A DNA stretch of 43,755 nucleotides from a virus. This document shows positions 18,792-29,557 of this stretch, in pieces (the first letter of the stretch is position 1; each line of letters starts with the position of its first letter). A program made the position numbers and the translations under genes. Below the pieces are notes generated by a model. The model was not told the DNA's origin, searched no databases, and was given only the letters and a program-made list of their open reading frames with translations. The stretch lies in UHGV virus genome UHGV-0008389; one strand, given 5' to 3'.

Positions 18792-20018
18792 TTAGCTCCG
18801 TTTCAGTTTAGTTGCGCCAGGAAATGCCTTGGCGAAAGAATTGGTTGCGGCAGCATCCATACCCAGACCATGAGATGGTTTTCGAACTACCGCTTTCTGG
18901 CTGATAGCAAATTCAACCATCGATTTAAGTGCTGAAGGATGAACGCCTTTATGTTCGGCACCGATTGAATCAAGAGCAAAGCGATAAATAGACTCTGCGG
19001 AATCCATAGCGACCAGACTCACATCACCAACCAAAGCACGAACACATTCTCGAGCCTCATTGGCTTGACGGATACGCCCCATCACATTCTCTTCAGCTTT
19101 TCGAATCAATGCGGCATCCATAGCTGCTTTATTCTCATCATCGTCTTCATCCTCGGCAGTCTTTTTATCCTTGCCGTCATCATTTTCGTCTTCCGCTTCT
19201 TTGCGGTCACGATCGCGATCCTTTCGCTCACGTTCTTCACGCTCTTTTAGTTCATCCTCTTCACGTTTCAGACGCTCTGCTTCTGACTCATTATCTCTCT
19301 CAGCCTGAGTGGCTTCGTCTTCAACAACCTTTTGCACTTTCTTTTCCACTTCTTCTGGCTTCTCATCACTGGCCAGCATCGGCGTGATAACTGCCATCAA
19401 CTTTTTAGTAAGTTCTGACATTGATTTCATTCCTGTTGGTATTGAATCCCCGACAACAACGTCGGATCCGGCTCTTCCCTCTGTTACGAGAGCAACGTGG
19501 TTCCCGACGATATCGCGCATTACACCATCGTATGGCTGGCCTTCATGCACGCCGGGGGTCATGTCAGCTACATATCTGTAGGCCGACGAAAGTTCTTTCT
19601 TCTCGTTTGTCTCGATTCCAGCGATAGAATCCGCATCCCATACGACAAGCGAGTTCTTGAGATAAGTCCCGTCAAACTCAGCATCAGTACCAGTAGAACC
19701 AACCACAGCCATCTTCTGAGGGTCTGAAGCAGTAACCGGGATGTGTTCGTTAAGGAGCGGGATGTTGTTGAATGTAGATGCTGCTTTGGCTAACTCTTTC
19801 GGGTCACGAAGCAGGTAGTAAACTTTGTCAGGCTGTAAACCTAGCGATCTGTAATTAGGGATTTCACGTCCATAATAAGGGCAAACGTTAGCCTTACTGA
19901 TTGGCGTCACTTCTATATGCAAACGCCCATCCTTATCAAAGGAGCGCACCGTTGCCTTATCGAATGCCAATCCGTGATATCCCCATTGCCAGCCGCCTTT
20001 AACTTTGCGTAATGGCAT
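18792..20018 (-). CDS. Putative prohead scaffold/protease protein (tentative DUF2213-like)
   Basis: 408 aa with a central highly charged low-complexity segment ([54 protein letters not shown]); position between the F-like and capsid genes. Confidence 0.5.
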   Translation of the reverse strand: MPLRKVKGGWQWGYHGLAFDKATVRSFDKDGRLHIEVTPISKANVCPYYGREIPNYRSLGLQPDKVYYLLRDPKELAKAASTFNNIPLLNEHIPVTASDPQKMAVVGSTGTDAEFDGTYLKNSLVVWDADSIAGIETNEKKELSSAYRYVADMTPGVHEGQPYDGVMRDIVGNHVALVTEGRAGSDVVVGDSIPTGMKSMSELTKKLMAVITPMLASDEKPEEVEKKVQKVVEDEATQAERDNESEAERLKREEDELKEREERERKDRDRDRKEAEDENDDGKDKKTAEDEDDDENKAAMDAALIRKAEENVMGRIRQANEARECVRALVGDVSLVAMDSAESIYRFALDSIGAEHKGVHPSALKSMVEFAISQKAVVRKPSHGLGMDAAATNSFAKAFPGATKLKRS

Positions 20019-20039
20019 GCTTTTACCTTTCGGCAGGCA

Positions 20040-20062
20040 ATAAAAAAGCCGCAGTAGCGGCC
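20040..20062 (-). terminator. Weak intrinsic terminator inside the head module
   Basis: On the minus strand GCCGC tact GCGGC followed by TTTTTTTA, between the F-like and scaffold genes. Confidence 0.4.
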
Positions 20063-20152
20063 ATTATTTCCCCTTGGGCATAGCTATTTTCAGTAGTGCA
20101 ATCATTAAGCAACCAAAAATCAACACTAAGCCCAGAGACCATAAAACCTCAA

Positions 20153-20971
20153 TCATTTTCTATCTATCCCAGGGATAACAGGAGACCACGTACAACGGCA
20201 GTTGATTGCCTCTCCCGGCAGCACCCATTCACCATCGAGATACAGCCCTTTATCGAGGTCGAACTCTTTACCGTCAGCTTTCACATGGGATGGCCTTGGC
20301 TGCTTCCCGGCGTGTGAGTGACGCCAGATTCCTTTGGTGATTCCTAACTTCTTCTGCCGTTCAGACTGAATTACCGCTGTAGCTTTGTTGTTCTGATCGC
20401 GTGCAATCGTCTCAGCGCGTCTGCGTGTAATGCCATATCGCTTAACCAGTTCATCAGTGAGATAGCCAAGGTCACGACCACGGCTGACAGACTGCATGAC
20501 TATCGTCTCAACCTGTGTGTGATAGTGTTCAGGTATGGATTTAATCAGGTTGACGTTCTCGTTAACGACAGCCTGCATCACGTTCTTAAGCTCGTCATTC
20601 ATTGTGAACTTAACGGTAAATCCGCCAGCCTTTAACGCTGAGTGTAACGAAACGTCGGTGTTGCGCAGTGTCTTATCAACGAAGCGATCAGCCAGTTTCT
20701 TAGCCAGTTCATTGAATTTATGCTCCCACTGCTTGCCTAGTCTGGACAATCTGCGCTTTAACTCATTCGCGGGGCTGGAATCCATCGCCATGTTGTTTTT
20801 GTATGCGCCCTCAAGCCAGTATCGGTATGACTTATCCATCTCCCTAACCAGCTTGAGAAGCTCAGAGCGATACCACTCATGAACTCCGGCGTTAGCTCTG
20901 ACTGGACGAAGGGTTTTCCTGGTCTTCAAATCCTTCTTCGATGGACTCGTTTTCGTACTCTTCTTCGTCAT
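20153..20971 (-). CDS. Head morphogenesis protein (Mu F-like / SPP1 gp7 family)
   Basis: 272 aa; C-terminal ...[15 protein letters not shown] motif characteristic of Mu F-like minor head proteins; downstream of portal. Annotated start overlaps the portal 3' end by 80 nt, so the true start is uncertain. Confidence 0.7.
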   Translation of the reverse strand: MTKKSTKTSPSKKDLKTRKTLRPVRANAGVHEWYRSELLKLVREMDKSYRYWLEGAYKNNMAMDSSPANELKRRLSRLGKQWEHKFNELAKKLADRFVDKTLRNTDVSLHSALKAGGFTVKFTMNDELKNVMQAVVNENVNLIKSIPEHYHTQVETIVMQSVSRGRDLGYLTDELVKRYGITRRRAETIARDQNNKATAVIQSERQKKLGITKGIWRHSHAGKQPRPSHVKADGKEFDLDKGLYLDGEWVLPGEAINCRCTWSPVIPGIDRK

Positions 20972-22427
20972 ATTCAGATTCCATCATGTGGTATGGACTG
21001 GCCTTATCCGACTGGCGCATACTTCTTATTGCATCAAGGTCAAACACGCCAGCTTCGGCATAGTTCTTATCAGCCTCAGACTGATGTTTCATGATCTCGG
21101 CTTTCTCTGCTTCTGTAAGCTCGTACAGCGGCAGGAATTCAAAATCAATGTCAGGGTCAATCTCGCCAAATTCATTCAACTGGATAACATCCAGCACTGT
21201 TTTCAGCGGCACCCTGAACAGATTCTCCTGCATGGCGTGTATTGAGTCATAGAAGACGCGGATTTCGCCATCAGATGAAGCGTTTAGCCCGTTAGGAGTG
21301 ATGCCAAGGAGCTTAACCAGAGGAATGCTTGATACCGATGCCATTTGTTCCTGTGCCTGCGCCTGAAGAGCATCGACTCCGGACAGACTTGTCACAAACT
21401 GGAAGAATTCTTCCCCATCCTTATCAATAAGGAACATTCCGCGATTGTCGCGAACCTTATTGAAGAGCTCGGCACGCATAAACAGGTTTGGGTCTGCAAT
21501 TCCAGACAAGGCATTCTGCATGTTCGTCTTCAGCCCATAGACCACAAACGAATGAACCAGATCGCTAACGCTGTCACGTGTTCTCAGCCAGTTTTGCACA
21601 TAGGGCTCTGCCATCTGACTCAGCGACAAGCCGCCGAAGTTGTACGCCGCTTTGAGAATGTCTGGCACCTGGCGAGAAATCATTGTCAACATGCGACTGG
21701 CGTGAACCGTGCGCCCCATGACATACCATTCAGATGGATTGAAGAAGTCAGGGCTTAGAGGATTGTCAGCGTTATACACGCCCGGGTAAGTCCACATGGC
21801 TTCGATAACGCGGAAACCATTCAGGCTTCCTTTGGTAATCTTGCGCGGACTGATATAGAGCTTCTTATCCAGTTCGTCGGGAACCAGCCAGGCTGAGTTA
21901 CCGCTTGGCGTCTTCACGTCGATATAAATCTGTCCGCGCCCGAAGTAACCGTCATGTTCCGCCGCCTCGCGAAACTTCTCTCGCACTCTGAAACGCTTTA
22001 ATGCGTCGTCAAGCTGGCGAATCTTATCGGCCTTGTCGTCACCATCGTCTTTACCAACATGTTTCAGCTCAATCCATTTTCGCGTCATCTCTTCTGCTAT
22101 CGTGCCAGTAATCTTGCGATACTCCGGCAACTGAGCAAGTTGAGACAGATATGGGTAGCCAGGAAACCCACCGTAGCCATATGCGGTGATGTTTGCTGAA
22201 TTAAGGTAACTGTACGGTGTGGAGTCCATCGCCAGAGCTGACTCCCCAATATGTTCCGGAATAACGCCAGGCGGGGGTACGTATCGCTCAATTCTACGCA
22301 ATGCCTCGCCTTCATTTTTAATTCGCTCCTGCTCGTTAATAATCGCAAGAACATTCGCCAGAGACATTGGCTGTTTCGCCTCTTCTTTCTGAGGCTCAGA
22401 TTTTTTCTTTCTCAAAAAATTAAACAC
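20892..22427 (-). CDS. Portal protein
   Basis: 511 aa, acidic C-terminus; immediately downstream of the large terminase. Confidence 0.7.
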   Translation of the reverse strand: MFNFLRKKKSEPQKEEAKQPMSLANVLAIINEQERIKNEGEALRRIERYVPPPGVIPEHIGESALAMDSTPYSYLNSANITAYGYGGFPGYPYLSQLAQLPEYRKITGTIAEEMTRKWIELKHVGKDDGDDKADKIRQLDDALKRFRVREKFREAAEHDGYFGRGQIYIDVKTPSGNSAWLVPDELDKKLYISPRKITKGSLNGFRVIEAMWTYPGVYNADNPLSPDFFNPSEWYVMGRTVHASRMLTMISRQVPDILKAAYNFGGLSLSQMAEPYVQNWLRTRDSVSDLVHSFVVYGLKTNMQNALSGIADPNLFMRAELFNKVRDNRGMFLIDKDGEEFFQFVTSLSGVDALQAQAQEQMASVSSIPLVKLLGITPNGLNASSDGEIRVFYDSIHAMQENLFRVPLKTVLDVIQLNEFGEIDPDIDFEFLPLYELTEAEKAEIMKHQSEADKNYAEAGVFDLDAIRSMRQSDKASPYHMMESEYDEEEYENESIEEGFEDQENPSSSQS

Positions 22428-23953
22428 TATGCGAGCCTCAAAAGGTCTTCAGATATACGTAACGGACCATTGCCATTTTTCATCTCATCGATGGCATCCA
22501 TCATCGGATCAAGCTGGTCGTCGTGCGTATTGAAATCAGGATTAATAGCTTCCATTTCAACGAGGAAGTCGTTGATGAATGGTGCGTTGCTGGGGAGCTT
22601 GATGTAGCCGGACTCGATATAACCCTGTACGTCCATCAGTCGCGTGTACTTATCCTTATCACGCTGAATTGCTTTGATGGGGCATATCGCTTTTTTTCGG
22701 ATGTTCTGTATCAGGCCTGTGCCAGATGACTTATCCTCTATCGCCATGTGGCGAAGCGGCCCATTCTTCAGAGTTTTGCACTTTTCCCAGAATGCAACAG
22801 CACGGCGTTGTAATTCATCGGCCTCCCATTTACCGCGAATCATATCGATCAGATAGATGTACCCGTCAGTACCAAGCCCCCAGTGCTCGAATACTGAGAA
22901 GTCGTTGACCTCTTTTGTTTTCTGTGCGGTGTCTCCATAGACGGCACGCCATTGCATGGGAGGGAGTACCGAATATTCACCAAACCATTCAGACTTAATA
23001 AGCCCACCGCCTTTGGCGGTTGGTCGTTGCTGATAAAGGGCATTCCATACAAGAGAACCGCGCTGTTTGCACTTCTCTACGAACTCTCTCGGCATGCGCT
23101 CAGGAAACAGAATTTCACCGGGATTGCGCAGTCGATACACATTACCGTTGAGTTCATGAATCTCTTCCTTTTCAGCCTCCATTGGGAAGCTAACTACGCG
23201 CCAGCGTTCCCCGCCCTCTTCAGCCAGTTTTAATAACTGTCCGGCGAGATCGTTTTGATGCCAGCGTGTCAGGATGATGACGATGCCGTTTATCTTCGGG
23301 TCAACACGAGTGAAGAATGTCGTGTCATACCAGTCCATCACCGCTTCCTGGTAAGTTGGAGACGATGCGGTTTTGTAATCTTTCGCGGGGTCATCAATAA
23401 CCCCAATATTCATACCCTGCCCGGTGATGCCCCCGTTAACACCAGCAGAACGATATGAGCCGCCGTGTAGTTCGCCTTTGGCATCCACTGGTTCCCATAG
23501 CTCGGTTTTGTTGATGCCTCCCGCCAAACTGCGTCCTGAAGGTATTTTCACGTCAGGGAAAACATCAGCGTACTTGTCAGAGGTGATAATGCGTTTAACG
23601 TCACGGCTCATTCGGTCTGACAGGTCAGAAGAATATGAGCACGAGATAATGTTCCATGATGGATGCTGTCCTAACACATACGCTGGGAAACGGCGAGAGC
23701 ACAACTCACTCTTTCCTGAGCGCGGAGGGGCAAACACCATTAGCCTGGGCATGTTTCCGGCTTTAACTTCATCCAGAAAGTGATCCAGCTCAGCACAAAG
23801 CAGCTCGTTAAACCAACCTGTTTCGTATTGCGGATTAGTGTACAAAGTGAAATCGAGAAGGTTTTTCCTTGCTGAGCGGATAGCCAGCTCTTTGTGCAAC
23901 TCATAAATCTGAGCGTTTCGATTCAAGCTGATTGGAGCGCCTGCCATTACCAA
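22427..23953 (-). CDS. terL: Terminase large subunit
   Basis: 508 aa; Walker A-like [10 protein letters not shown] and ATPase/nuclease-type layout; follows the small subunit. Confidence 0.85.
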   Translation of the reverse strand: MVMAGAPISLNRNAQIYELHKELAIRSARKNLLDFTLYTNPQYETGWFNELLCAELDHFLDEVKAGNMPRLMVFAPPRSGKSELCSRRFPAYVLGQHPSWNIISCSYSSDLSDRMSRDVKRIITSDKYADVFPDVKIPSGRSLAGGINKTELWEPVDAKGELHGGSYRSAGVNGGITGQGMNIGVIDDPAKDYKTASSPTYQEAVMDWYDTTFFTRVDPKINGIVIILTRWHQNDLAGQLLKLAEEGGERWRVVSFPMEAEKEEIHELNGNVYRLRNPGEILFPERMPREFVEKCKQRGSLVWNALYQQRPTAKGGGLIKSEWFGEYSVLPPMQWRAVYGDTAQKTKEVNDFSVFEHWGLGTDGYIYLIDMIRGKWEADELQRRAVAFWEKCKTLKNGPLRHMAIEDKSSGTGLIQNIRKKAICPIKAIQRDKDKYTRLMDVQGYIESGYIKLPSNAPFINDFLVEMEAINPDFNTHDDQLDPMMDAIDEMKNGNGPLRISEDLLRLA

Positions 23954-24488
23954 GCTCCTTCAGTTTCTCTTCAAGTAACTCTTCTGACATATCAGCATAA
24001 CGAACAGGCCCACCATCAGCGCCAGTTATTTCTGTAGATGTTTGCTCTTTAAACGCCTGAACAGAAACATGCTTACCAAGAAGTTCGAGGTTTTTGACCT
24101 TATCAGGCCATTTGATTTTCTTCAGAAGTGCGGCACTATCTGCGGATACCATCTCCACGACATCCATTCCTGATAGCGTTGTGCGCCATACCTTAGGCCA
24201 GTCTTTAATGGGTTTTAGCTCACCGTTTTGCAGGAGAATGTCGAGCACATCCATCTGGTCGATTTCAAGAAGGCGATTAAGTACGTATTCTGCATTTATT
24301 CCAACAGAGTCATTGCGTTGTGCTTTCAATTCGGAGATTCTGAATTGTATGTCAGGTTTTGACATGTTTTCGGACGCAGTACGGTTGGCTGTTTTTGCGC
24401 TGTACCCCGCCCGAATAGCCGCTTGCGTGGCGTTTAAATCGATGAGGTACTCGCGACAGAACATTTCTTGTTTGTCAGTGAGCGCCAT
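23901..24488 (-). CDS. terS: Terminase small subunit
   Basis: 195 aa; N-terminal MALTDKQEMFCREYLIDLNATQAAIRAGYS resembles phage terminase small-subunit DNA-binding regions; overlaps the terL start. Confidence 0.75.
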   Translation of the reverse strand: MALTDKQEMFCREYLIDLNATQAAIRAGYSAKTANRTASENMSKPDIQFRISELKAQRNDSVGINAEYVLNRLLEIDQMDVLDILLQNGELKPIKDWPKVWRTTLSGMDVVEMVSADSAALLKKIKWPDKVKNLELLGKHVSVQAFKEQTSTEITGADGGPVRYADMSEELLEEKLKELGNGRRSNQLESKRSDL

Positions 24489-24515
24489 ATTTTCCCCTGC
24501 TGATAAGGTAAATAA

Positions 24516-25040
24516 ATGAATCCTGAAATTTTTGAATCAAAGTTCATAATGAACGAAGCAACTTGGCAACGAATTGAAAGGTTAGTAAATACTGAAGATG
24601 ATATTGGTTTGGTTTTAAGAGTACATCTGATTACAGAAGCAATGATTGAGGCATTTTGTTGCGCCGCTGTAGGTAACCAAAATCTATTTGATGGATTTGG
24701 TGAAAACTTAACCATGACCTATGCCGCAAAAATTCAGCTAGCTGCCAACCTCGGCCTAAATGAACACTCCGTCGCAGAACTTAAACGCCTAAATAGAATA
24801 AGAAATGTTCGCTCTCATCAAATAGACAACCCGGAAATAACTGACGCAGAAATTGAATCATTACGAACATTTATTAGCCGAGGTGGTCAGGAAGATCTCA
24901 TTAACTCAGCAAGATTCGGCATAAAAGTTGGAGACATTGAGCTGAATCTTAACCGTCCAGATGCCAATAATCGTGAAAAATTCATAGCTATTCTTGGCAG
25001 CATCATCCTAAGGCTCACTAAACAAGTTGCAGGACAATAG
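24516..25040 (+). CDS. Hypothetical protein with RNxxxH (HEPN-like) motif; moron transcribed opposite to the late operon
   Basis: 174 aa, AT-rich relative to neighbours; AAGG RBS 7 nt upstream; motif LKRLNRIRNVRSHQ contains R-N-x-x-x-H; hairpin after the stop (25041-25070). Confidence 0.6.
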   Translation: MNPEIFESKFIMNEATWQRIERLVNTEDDIGLVLRVHLITEAMIEAFCCAAVGNQNLFDGFGENLTMTYAAKIQLAANLGLNEHSVAELKRLNRIRNVRSHQIDNPEITDAEIESLRTFISRGGQEDLINSARFGIKVGDIELNLNRPDANNREKFIAILGSIILRLTKQVAGQ

Positions 25041-25647
25041 AGCTCATTGACTGAGCTAATTGATTGTTTTAGCGCATAAACCTATACCACAAAATAGCCA
25101 CTTATCACGCTTCATCATTCAATTCTGGCGTGAACTGTATGCGCCTCACATTGTCGGGAGAGAAATACAGTCACTCTCCCGTCTCGATCACAAGCGGCAC
25201 AAAGCCGTTAACCAACTCATGCTGAAATCGTGACGTCTTGCTCGTAACGGTTTCGCCTGTTTGGGTGGTTAACGTGATTTGGTAGATGTTGGACATTGAG
25301 AATCTCTTTATCCGCTTGTGGGGATATCAGTTAAGTTATCCCGTGTAGGGTATAAGCCATTGTCGAGACCACTCATTGAATGGTCTCTGCAATAACCGAT
25401 GTCTTTCCATCAGTCCGCCACCACAAAGAATCTTTTTTGCCATAAGGCTGGAGGTTCATCTTTCAGTGGCTGCCAGTGTTATTTCCCCACTTACTGGCTT
25501 GGGTTGTTTCGTGGTACTGCCGTAACTGGTGGTGCACAGATTTAGTTAAATCTGTTCTCGCCTGAACTATCTTTTACATACCCGGATTGTGGGGATGTAA
25601 ATCACGGTTTCATTATCAAGCCCACCCGTAGATGGGCTTTGGAATGG

Positions 25648-26202
25648 TCACTTTGGCAGTCCGGGGATCGATATTTGCGACTGCTGCTCAAGCCTTTCGA
25701 TTCTTGCTATGAGTTGCGGTTTTTTGATCCTGCCCCAGCGGTTCAGCAAGCGTCCTGACATACTGGCAACATCCTTTTCCTTCATGAACTCCAGCATTAA
25801 CTCGTTGTGCTCTCTTTGGTATGAGTGAGCCATCTCCATCAGCCTGTCACGCATCCAATTAAATGCTTTGATAAACGCCTCTTTGATGGCGGCAGCTTTT
25901 TTGCCGGTAAACGACATGATGATGTACATCGCACCGTCTTTGGAAATTTCATATTCAACATACTGATTACCCTTGTGTTCATAGGTAACCCGCGAAAAGT
26001 TGCTGGTTAGAAATTCATCCGAACAGTCTAGCTTTTCGATTTTCTGAATGATGTGGTGATGCTGCTTGTCGAAGTAAGCTGCTACCTTGCGGGAGGTTGT
26101 GATCACGCGATCACCAGAAACAACCACCATGTCCCGGAAATCGAGATTAGCCAATTGATGATTCATAGCGTCTTTACCTTTTAGAAAGTGAGCCTGTCTC
26201 AC
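25648..26202 (-). CDS. rha: Phage regulatory protein, Rha family
   Basis: 184 aa; VVVSGDRVITTSRKVAAYFDKQHHHIIQKIEKL and FTGKKAAAIKEAFIKAFNWM match Rha-family conserved regions. Confidence 0.75.
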   Translation of the reverse strand: MRQAHFLKGKDAMNHQLANLDFRDMVVVSGDRVITTSRKVAAYFDKQHHHIIQKIEKLDCSDEFLTSNFSRVTYEHKGNQYVEYEISKDGAMYIIMSFTGKKAAAIKEAFIKAFNWMRDRLMEMAHSYQREHNELMLEFMKEKDVASMSGRLLNRWGRIKKPQLIARIERLEQQSQISIPGLPK

Positions 26203-26313
26203 AGAAAAGCCGCCCGAGAGAGGTCGCCACCTATAACGGCATTTCTCAGGCTCGCTTACTGAAAGGCTCTCGTTAATATGCGCGTGAGATGCGCTGTGAA
26301 ATTCAGATATAAA

Positions 26314-26345
26314 AAAGCCCCGCGAATGCGAGGCTAAATCCTGGT
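26314..26345 (-). terminator. Hairpin with U-tract downstream of the lysis cassette
   Basis: Plus strand TATAAAAAAGCCCCGCGAATGCGAGGC; on the minus strand an imperfect GC-rich stem followed by TTTTTTATA. Confidence 0.4.
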
Positions 26346-26509
26346 GTTTGTGATGAACTGGCTCTTATCTCAACGCAGCCCCTTACTGCGCGCCAGATGC
26401 TCAATATCAAGCATCAGCAATGAGATGTTTAATCTGGATTTACTCCAGAAGTGATCACCACCCTGTCTACAGAGCCAGATGTGAAGGATGATGAGTAAAA
26501 TTATCGCTA

Positions 26510-26947
26510 TCATCGAAGGCATTGCGTCCTGATGTATTCCTGCAGGTAGTTAACCTGCGCGGTTATCTTGTCGATTCCACTTCGGAGACGGTAATAATTG
26601 AGTTCAGCATCTGCTGTAAGTCTTGGGCTTTCTCCATCGCCCATGCTGCTGGCTCCGGTCGTTGACTTTGCACAGGTGGCGGCGACTTGCAGGCGCTTAC
26701 GCCCAGCAGAAACATCAGCACGGAGACTTTCGATAGTCGCGTTAGCATCAGCAAGCTCCTTTGTGTATCTGGCATCAAGTTCTGCTACATCACGTTGACG
26801 CTTCTGCATATCAGCGATGATGGATGTGGCTTTATCGCGCTGCTCTTTGTAGGTCATGGCGTTATCACGGTAATGATTAACAGCCCATGACAGGCAGACG
26901 ATGATGCAGATAACCAGAGCGGAGATAATCGCGGTTACTCTGCTCAT
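26510..26947 (-). CDS. Rz: Spanin inner-membrane subunit Rz (i-spanin)
   Basis: 145 aa; [30 protein letters not shown]... near-identical to lambda Rz as recalled. Confidence 0.9.
   Translation of the reverse strand: MSRVTAIISALVICIIVCLSWAVNHYRDNAMTYKEQRDKATSIIADMQKRQRDVAELDARYTKELADANATIESLRADVSAGRKRLQVAATCAKSTTGASSMGDGESPRLTADAELNYYRLRSGIDKITAQVNYLQEYIRTQCLR
26563..26748 (-). CDS. Rz1: Spanin outer-membrane lipoprotein subunit Rz1 (o-spanin), embedded in Rz in the +1 frame
   Basis: Embedded ORF with lipoprotein signal ...[10 protein letters not shown] and proline-rich [16 protein letters not shown], as in lambda Rz1; start taken at the internal Met (MLTRLSK...). Confidence 0.8.
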   Translation of the reverse strand: MLTRLSKVSVLMFLLGVSACKSPPPVQSQRPEPAAWAMEKAQDLQQMLNSIITVSEVESTR

Positions 26948-27420
26948 ACCTCAATCTCTCTGACCGTTCCGCCTGCTTCTTTGAATTTTGCAATCAGGCT
27001 GTCAGCCTTATGCTCGAACTGACCATAACCAGCACCCGGCAGTGAAGCCCAGATATTGCTGCAACGGTCGATTGCCTGACGAATATCACCGCGATCAATC
27101 ATCGGTAAAGCGCCACGCTCCTTAATCTGCTGCAGCGCAACAGCGTCCTGGCTTTTGGGAGAGAAGTCTTTCAGGCCAAGCTGCTTACGGTAAGCATCCC
27201 ACCAACGGGAAAGAAGCTGGTAACGTCCGGCTGCTGTTGATTTGAGTTTGGGGTTTAGCGTGACAAGTTTGCGAGGGTGATCGGAGTAATCAGTGAATAG
27301 CTCTCCGCCAACAATGACGTCATAACCATGATTTCTGGTTTTCTGACGTCCGTTATCAGTTCCCTCTGACCACGCCAGCATATCGAGGAACGCCTTACGT
27401 TGATTATTGATTTCCACCAT
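26944..27420 (-). CDS. R: Endolysin R (lytic transglycosylase)
   Basis: 158 aa; [51 protein letters not shown]... essentially identical to lambda R as recalled. Confidence 0.95.
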   Translation of the reverse strand: MVEINNQRKAFLDMLAWSEGTDNGRQKTRNHGYDVIVGGELFTDYSDHPRKLVTLNPKLKSTAAGRYQLLSRWWDAYRKQLGLKDFSPKSQDAVALQQIKERGALPMIDRGDIRQAIDRCSNIWASLPGAGYGQFEHKADSLIAKFKEAGGTVREIEV

Positions 27421-27727
27421 CTTCTACTCCGGCTTTTTTAGCAGCGAAGCGTTTGATAAGCGAACCAATCGAGTCAGTACCGATGTAGCCGATGAACACG
27501 CTCGTTATATAAGCGAGATTGCTACTTAGTCCGGCGAAGTCGAGAAGGTCACGAATGAACCAGGCGATAATGGCGCACATCGTTGCGTCGATTACTGTTT
27601 TTGTAAACGCACCGCCATTATATCTGCCGCGAAGGTACGCCATTGCAAACGCAAGGATTGCCCCGATGCCTTGTTCCTTTGCCGTAAGAATGGCGGCTAA
27701 CAGGTCATGTTTTTCTGGCATCTTCAT
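27404..27727 (-). CDS. S: Holin S (dual-start S107/S105)
   Basis: 107 aa beginning [14 protein letters not shown]..., near-identical to lambda S, including the Met-Lys-Met dual-start motif. Confidence 0.95.
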   Translation of the reverse strand: MKMPEKHDLLAAILTAKEQGIGAILAFAMAYLRGRYNGGAFTKTVIDATMCAIIAWFIRDLLDFAGLSSNLAYITSVFIGYIGTDSIGSLIKRFAAKKAGVEDGGNQ

Positions 27728-27745
27728 GTCTTACCCCCAGAAGGG
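27728..27745 (-). promoter_or_regulatory. sdi-type stem-loop at the S translation initiation region
   Basis: CCCC cagaa GGGG hairpin immediately upstream of the S start, as in the lambda S leader. Confidence 0.5.
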
Positions 27746-27890
27746 GATCTGTTCAAATTAGGAATTATGGATATGGTCGCTTGAACAAATCCGGGTTACG
27801 GTTGATTTGTAACGGGTTTGTTCGTGACCGCATTCATGAGCAAATCAGGCGTGGATTGCGCCAACAATACATGCCGCTCATATCACGAAG

Positions 27891-27920
27891 CCCAGCCATT
27901 GATGCTGGGTTTTCTTTTTT
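27891..27920 (+). terminator. Plus-strand (antisense to late transcription) intrinsic terminator-like hairpin in the Q-S gap
   Basis: CCCAGC cattgat GCTGGG followed by TTTTCTTTTTT on the plus strand. Confidence 0.4.
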
Positions 27921-28612
27921 AAAGCGCACTAGACAACCGTATCCACAGAGTGTCAGCAATGAGTTGGTTAGGTCTGGTTCTTGGTGGAAGTACGCTTTAA
28001 AAAATGGGCTGAGGGTTGTAGCCCAAAATACTGAGGGAATGGTAAGGATGAACAACGGTTTTGCCCTGGGTGGATTTGGCTGTGGTGGCCGGCGCTGATC
28101 TCCGGCTTGTATACAGGCACCTTGTTCTTCCGAAGCTCTCCTGCGCGCATCAGCCTGCGCATTCACCACACCGGAAAGAGCACTCAGTTGTACCGGCCAG
28201 TTGTGCCACTAAGAAATGCTTTCGCAGACCGTTAAGCTCTTTGCCAGTTCTTTAATGCTCTTACCTGTTGTGTGCCCATTATTAATCACACCGGGCCAGT
28301 GCGCCAGATTCGTTGATGAGGAACTGGAATACCTCACTGGTGTTTAGCGGTTAAGCTACGGCCAGATACATTTCTTCGTTTGCATTTATCTTTGTGATCA
28401 GTTTCTAAAAAACCGCAAAGTCGCTTACGAAAACCATCGGAAAGAACACATCTGTCTGCCGGGTCTCTGAATGATCTTCCAATCCAGCCCTATCAGTGCG
28501 TCGATATGCTCTTACCTGATAGCCTTCAATCTGGCTCAGGACTCTCGCGTATGAGTGTCAACGTGTCGTGCAGCACGCATTAACTCGAAAGTCCTGACCG
28601 GATTGCAGAAAT

Positions 28613-28645
28613 GAAAAAACCCCGAGCTATTAACTCAGGGCTTTA
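28613..28645 (-). terminator. tR'-like terminator shortly downstream of pR'
   Basis: On the minus strand CCCTGAG ttaatag CTCGGGG (one G-U pair) followed by TTTTTT, about 30-60 nt downstream of the predicted pR' start. Confidence 0.55.
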
Positions 28646-28671
28646 TTTAACGAGTGTATTTATCCATCGTT

Positions 28672-28712
28672 GAGTCAAATTTACCCAACTTTATTCAAAA
28701 AGTCAATATTAT
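28672..28712 (-). promoter_or_regulatory. Late promoter pR' with qut site
   Basis: Minus strand reads TTGACTTTTTGAATAAAGTTGGGTAAATTTGACTCAACGATGG, matching lambda pR' (TTGACT -35, TAAATT -10) as recalled; directly downstream of Q. Confidence 0.7.
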
Positions 28713-28748
28713 GCCGTTAATATGTTGCCATCCGTGGCAATCATGCTG

Positions 28749-29372
28749 CTAACGTGTGACCGCATTCAAAATGTTGTCTGCGATTGACTCTTCCTTGTGG
28801 CATTGCACCACCAGAGCGTCATACAGCGGCTTAACAGTGCGTGACCAGGTGGGTTGAGTAAGGTTTGGGATTAGCATCGTTACAGCGCGATATGCGGCGC
28901 TTGCTGGCATCCTTGAATAGCCGACACCTTTGCATCTTCCGCACTCTTTCTCAACAACTCTCCCCCACTGCTCTGTTTTTGCTATATCAACCGCGCGGCC
29001 TGTACCGTGGCAATCTCTGCATCTTGCCCCCGGCGTCGCGGCACTACGGCAATAATCCGCATAAGCGAATGTTGCGAGCACTTGCAGTACCTTTGCCTTA
29101 GTATTTCCTTCGAGCTTTGCCACACCACGGTATTTCCCCGATACCTTGTGTGCATATTGCATCAGATAGTTGATAGCCTTTTGTTTGTCGTTCTGGCTGA
29201 GTTCATGCTTACCGCAGAATGCAGCCATTCCGAATCCGGCTTGTGATTGCGCCATCCCCATAGCAGCCATCACATCAGTACCGGAAAGAGAGTCAGAAGC
29301 CGTGGCCCGTGGTGAGTCGCTCATCATCGGGCTTTTTGGCGAATGAAATTTAGCTACGCTTTCGAGTCTCAT
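28749..29372 (-). CDS. Q: Late antiterminator Q
   Basis: 207 aa; MRLESVAKFHSPKSPMMSDSPRATASDSLSGTDVMAAMGMAQSQ... near-identical to lambda Q as recalled. Confidence 0.95.
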   Translation of the reverse strand: MRLESVAKFHSPKSPMMSDSPRATASDSLSGTDVMAAMGMAQSQAGFGMAAFCGKHELSQNDKQKAINYLMQYAHKVSGKYRGVAKLEGNTKAKVLQVLATFAYADYCRSAATPGARCRDCHGTGRAVDIAKTEQWGRVVEKECGRCKGVGYSRMPASAAYRAVTMLIPNLTQPTWSRTVKPLYDALVVQCHKEESIADNILNAVTR

Positions 29373-29557
29373 CGTCTTCCCCTCTTGCCCTGTTTGACCA
29401 TCAGGACGCCGTTAACTATTACGTGACGCTCGCCTTTGCTGTCTCGGTTGTACTTGAGCACTGTTCCTCTTGCGCAGGAAAGCATCCTCGCCACTTCGGT
29501 CTGATTTCCTCGTGTCTGGATAAGCAGTTCTGGTATCGTTTGAATTGTGGCGTTCAT
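29369..29557 (-). CDS. ninH: NinH-like protein
   Basis: 62 aa; TIPELLIQTRGNQTEVARMLSCARGTVLKY... resembles lambda NinH; sits immediately upstream of Q. Confidence 0.75.
   Translation of the reverse strand: MNATIQTIPELLIQTRGNQTEVARMLSCARGTVLKYNRDSKGERHVIVNGVLMVKQGKRGRR

Noticed and set aside
19065-19727. Plus-strand ORFs antisense to the scaffold/protease gene
   Set aside because: They arise from the low-complexity charged-repeat coding region on the opposite strand.
25041-25647. Possibility that the ORF-free gap is a CRISPR array or a ToxI-type tandem RNA repeat array
   Set aside because: No regularly spaced direct repeats with unique spacers and no tandem roughly 36-nt repeats; only scattered independent hairpins and one short 10-bp direct repeat.
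27836-27919. 27-aa plus-strand ORF ending in the antisense terminator
   Set aside because: No RBS and the 3' end is the terminator hairpin; more likely non-coding.
27781-28255. ORFs of 64-111 aa on both strands in the Q-S intergenic region (27781-28098 +, 27834-28169 -, 27968-28162 -, 28061-28255 +)
   Set aside because: They lie in the region matching the lambda non-coding late leader, lack convincing RBSs, overlap each other in different frames and have low-complexity, non-protein-like compositions.
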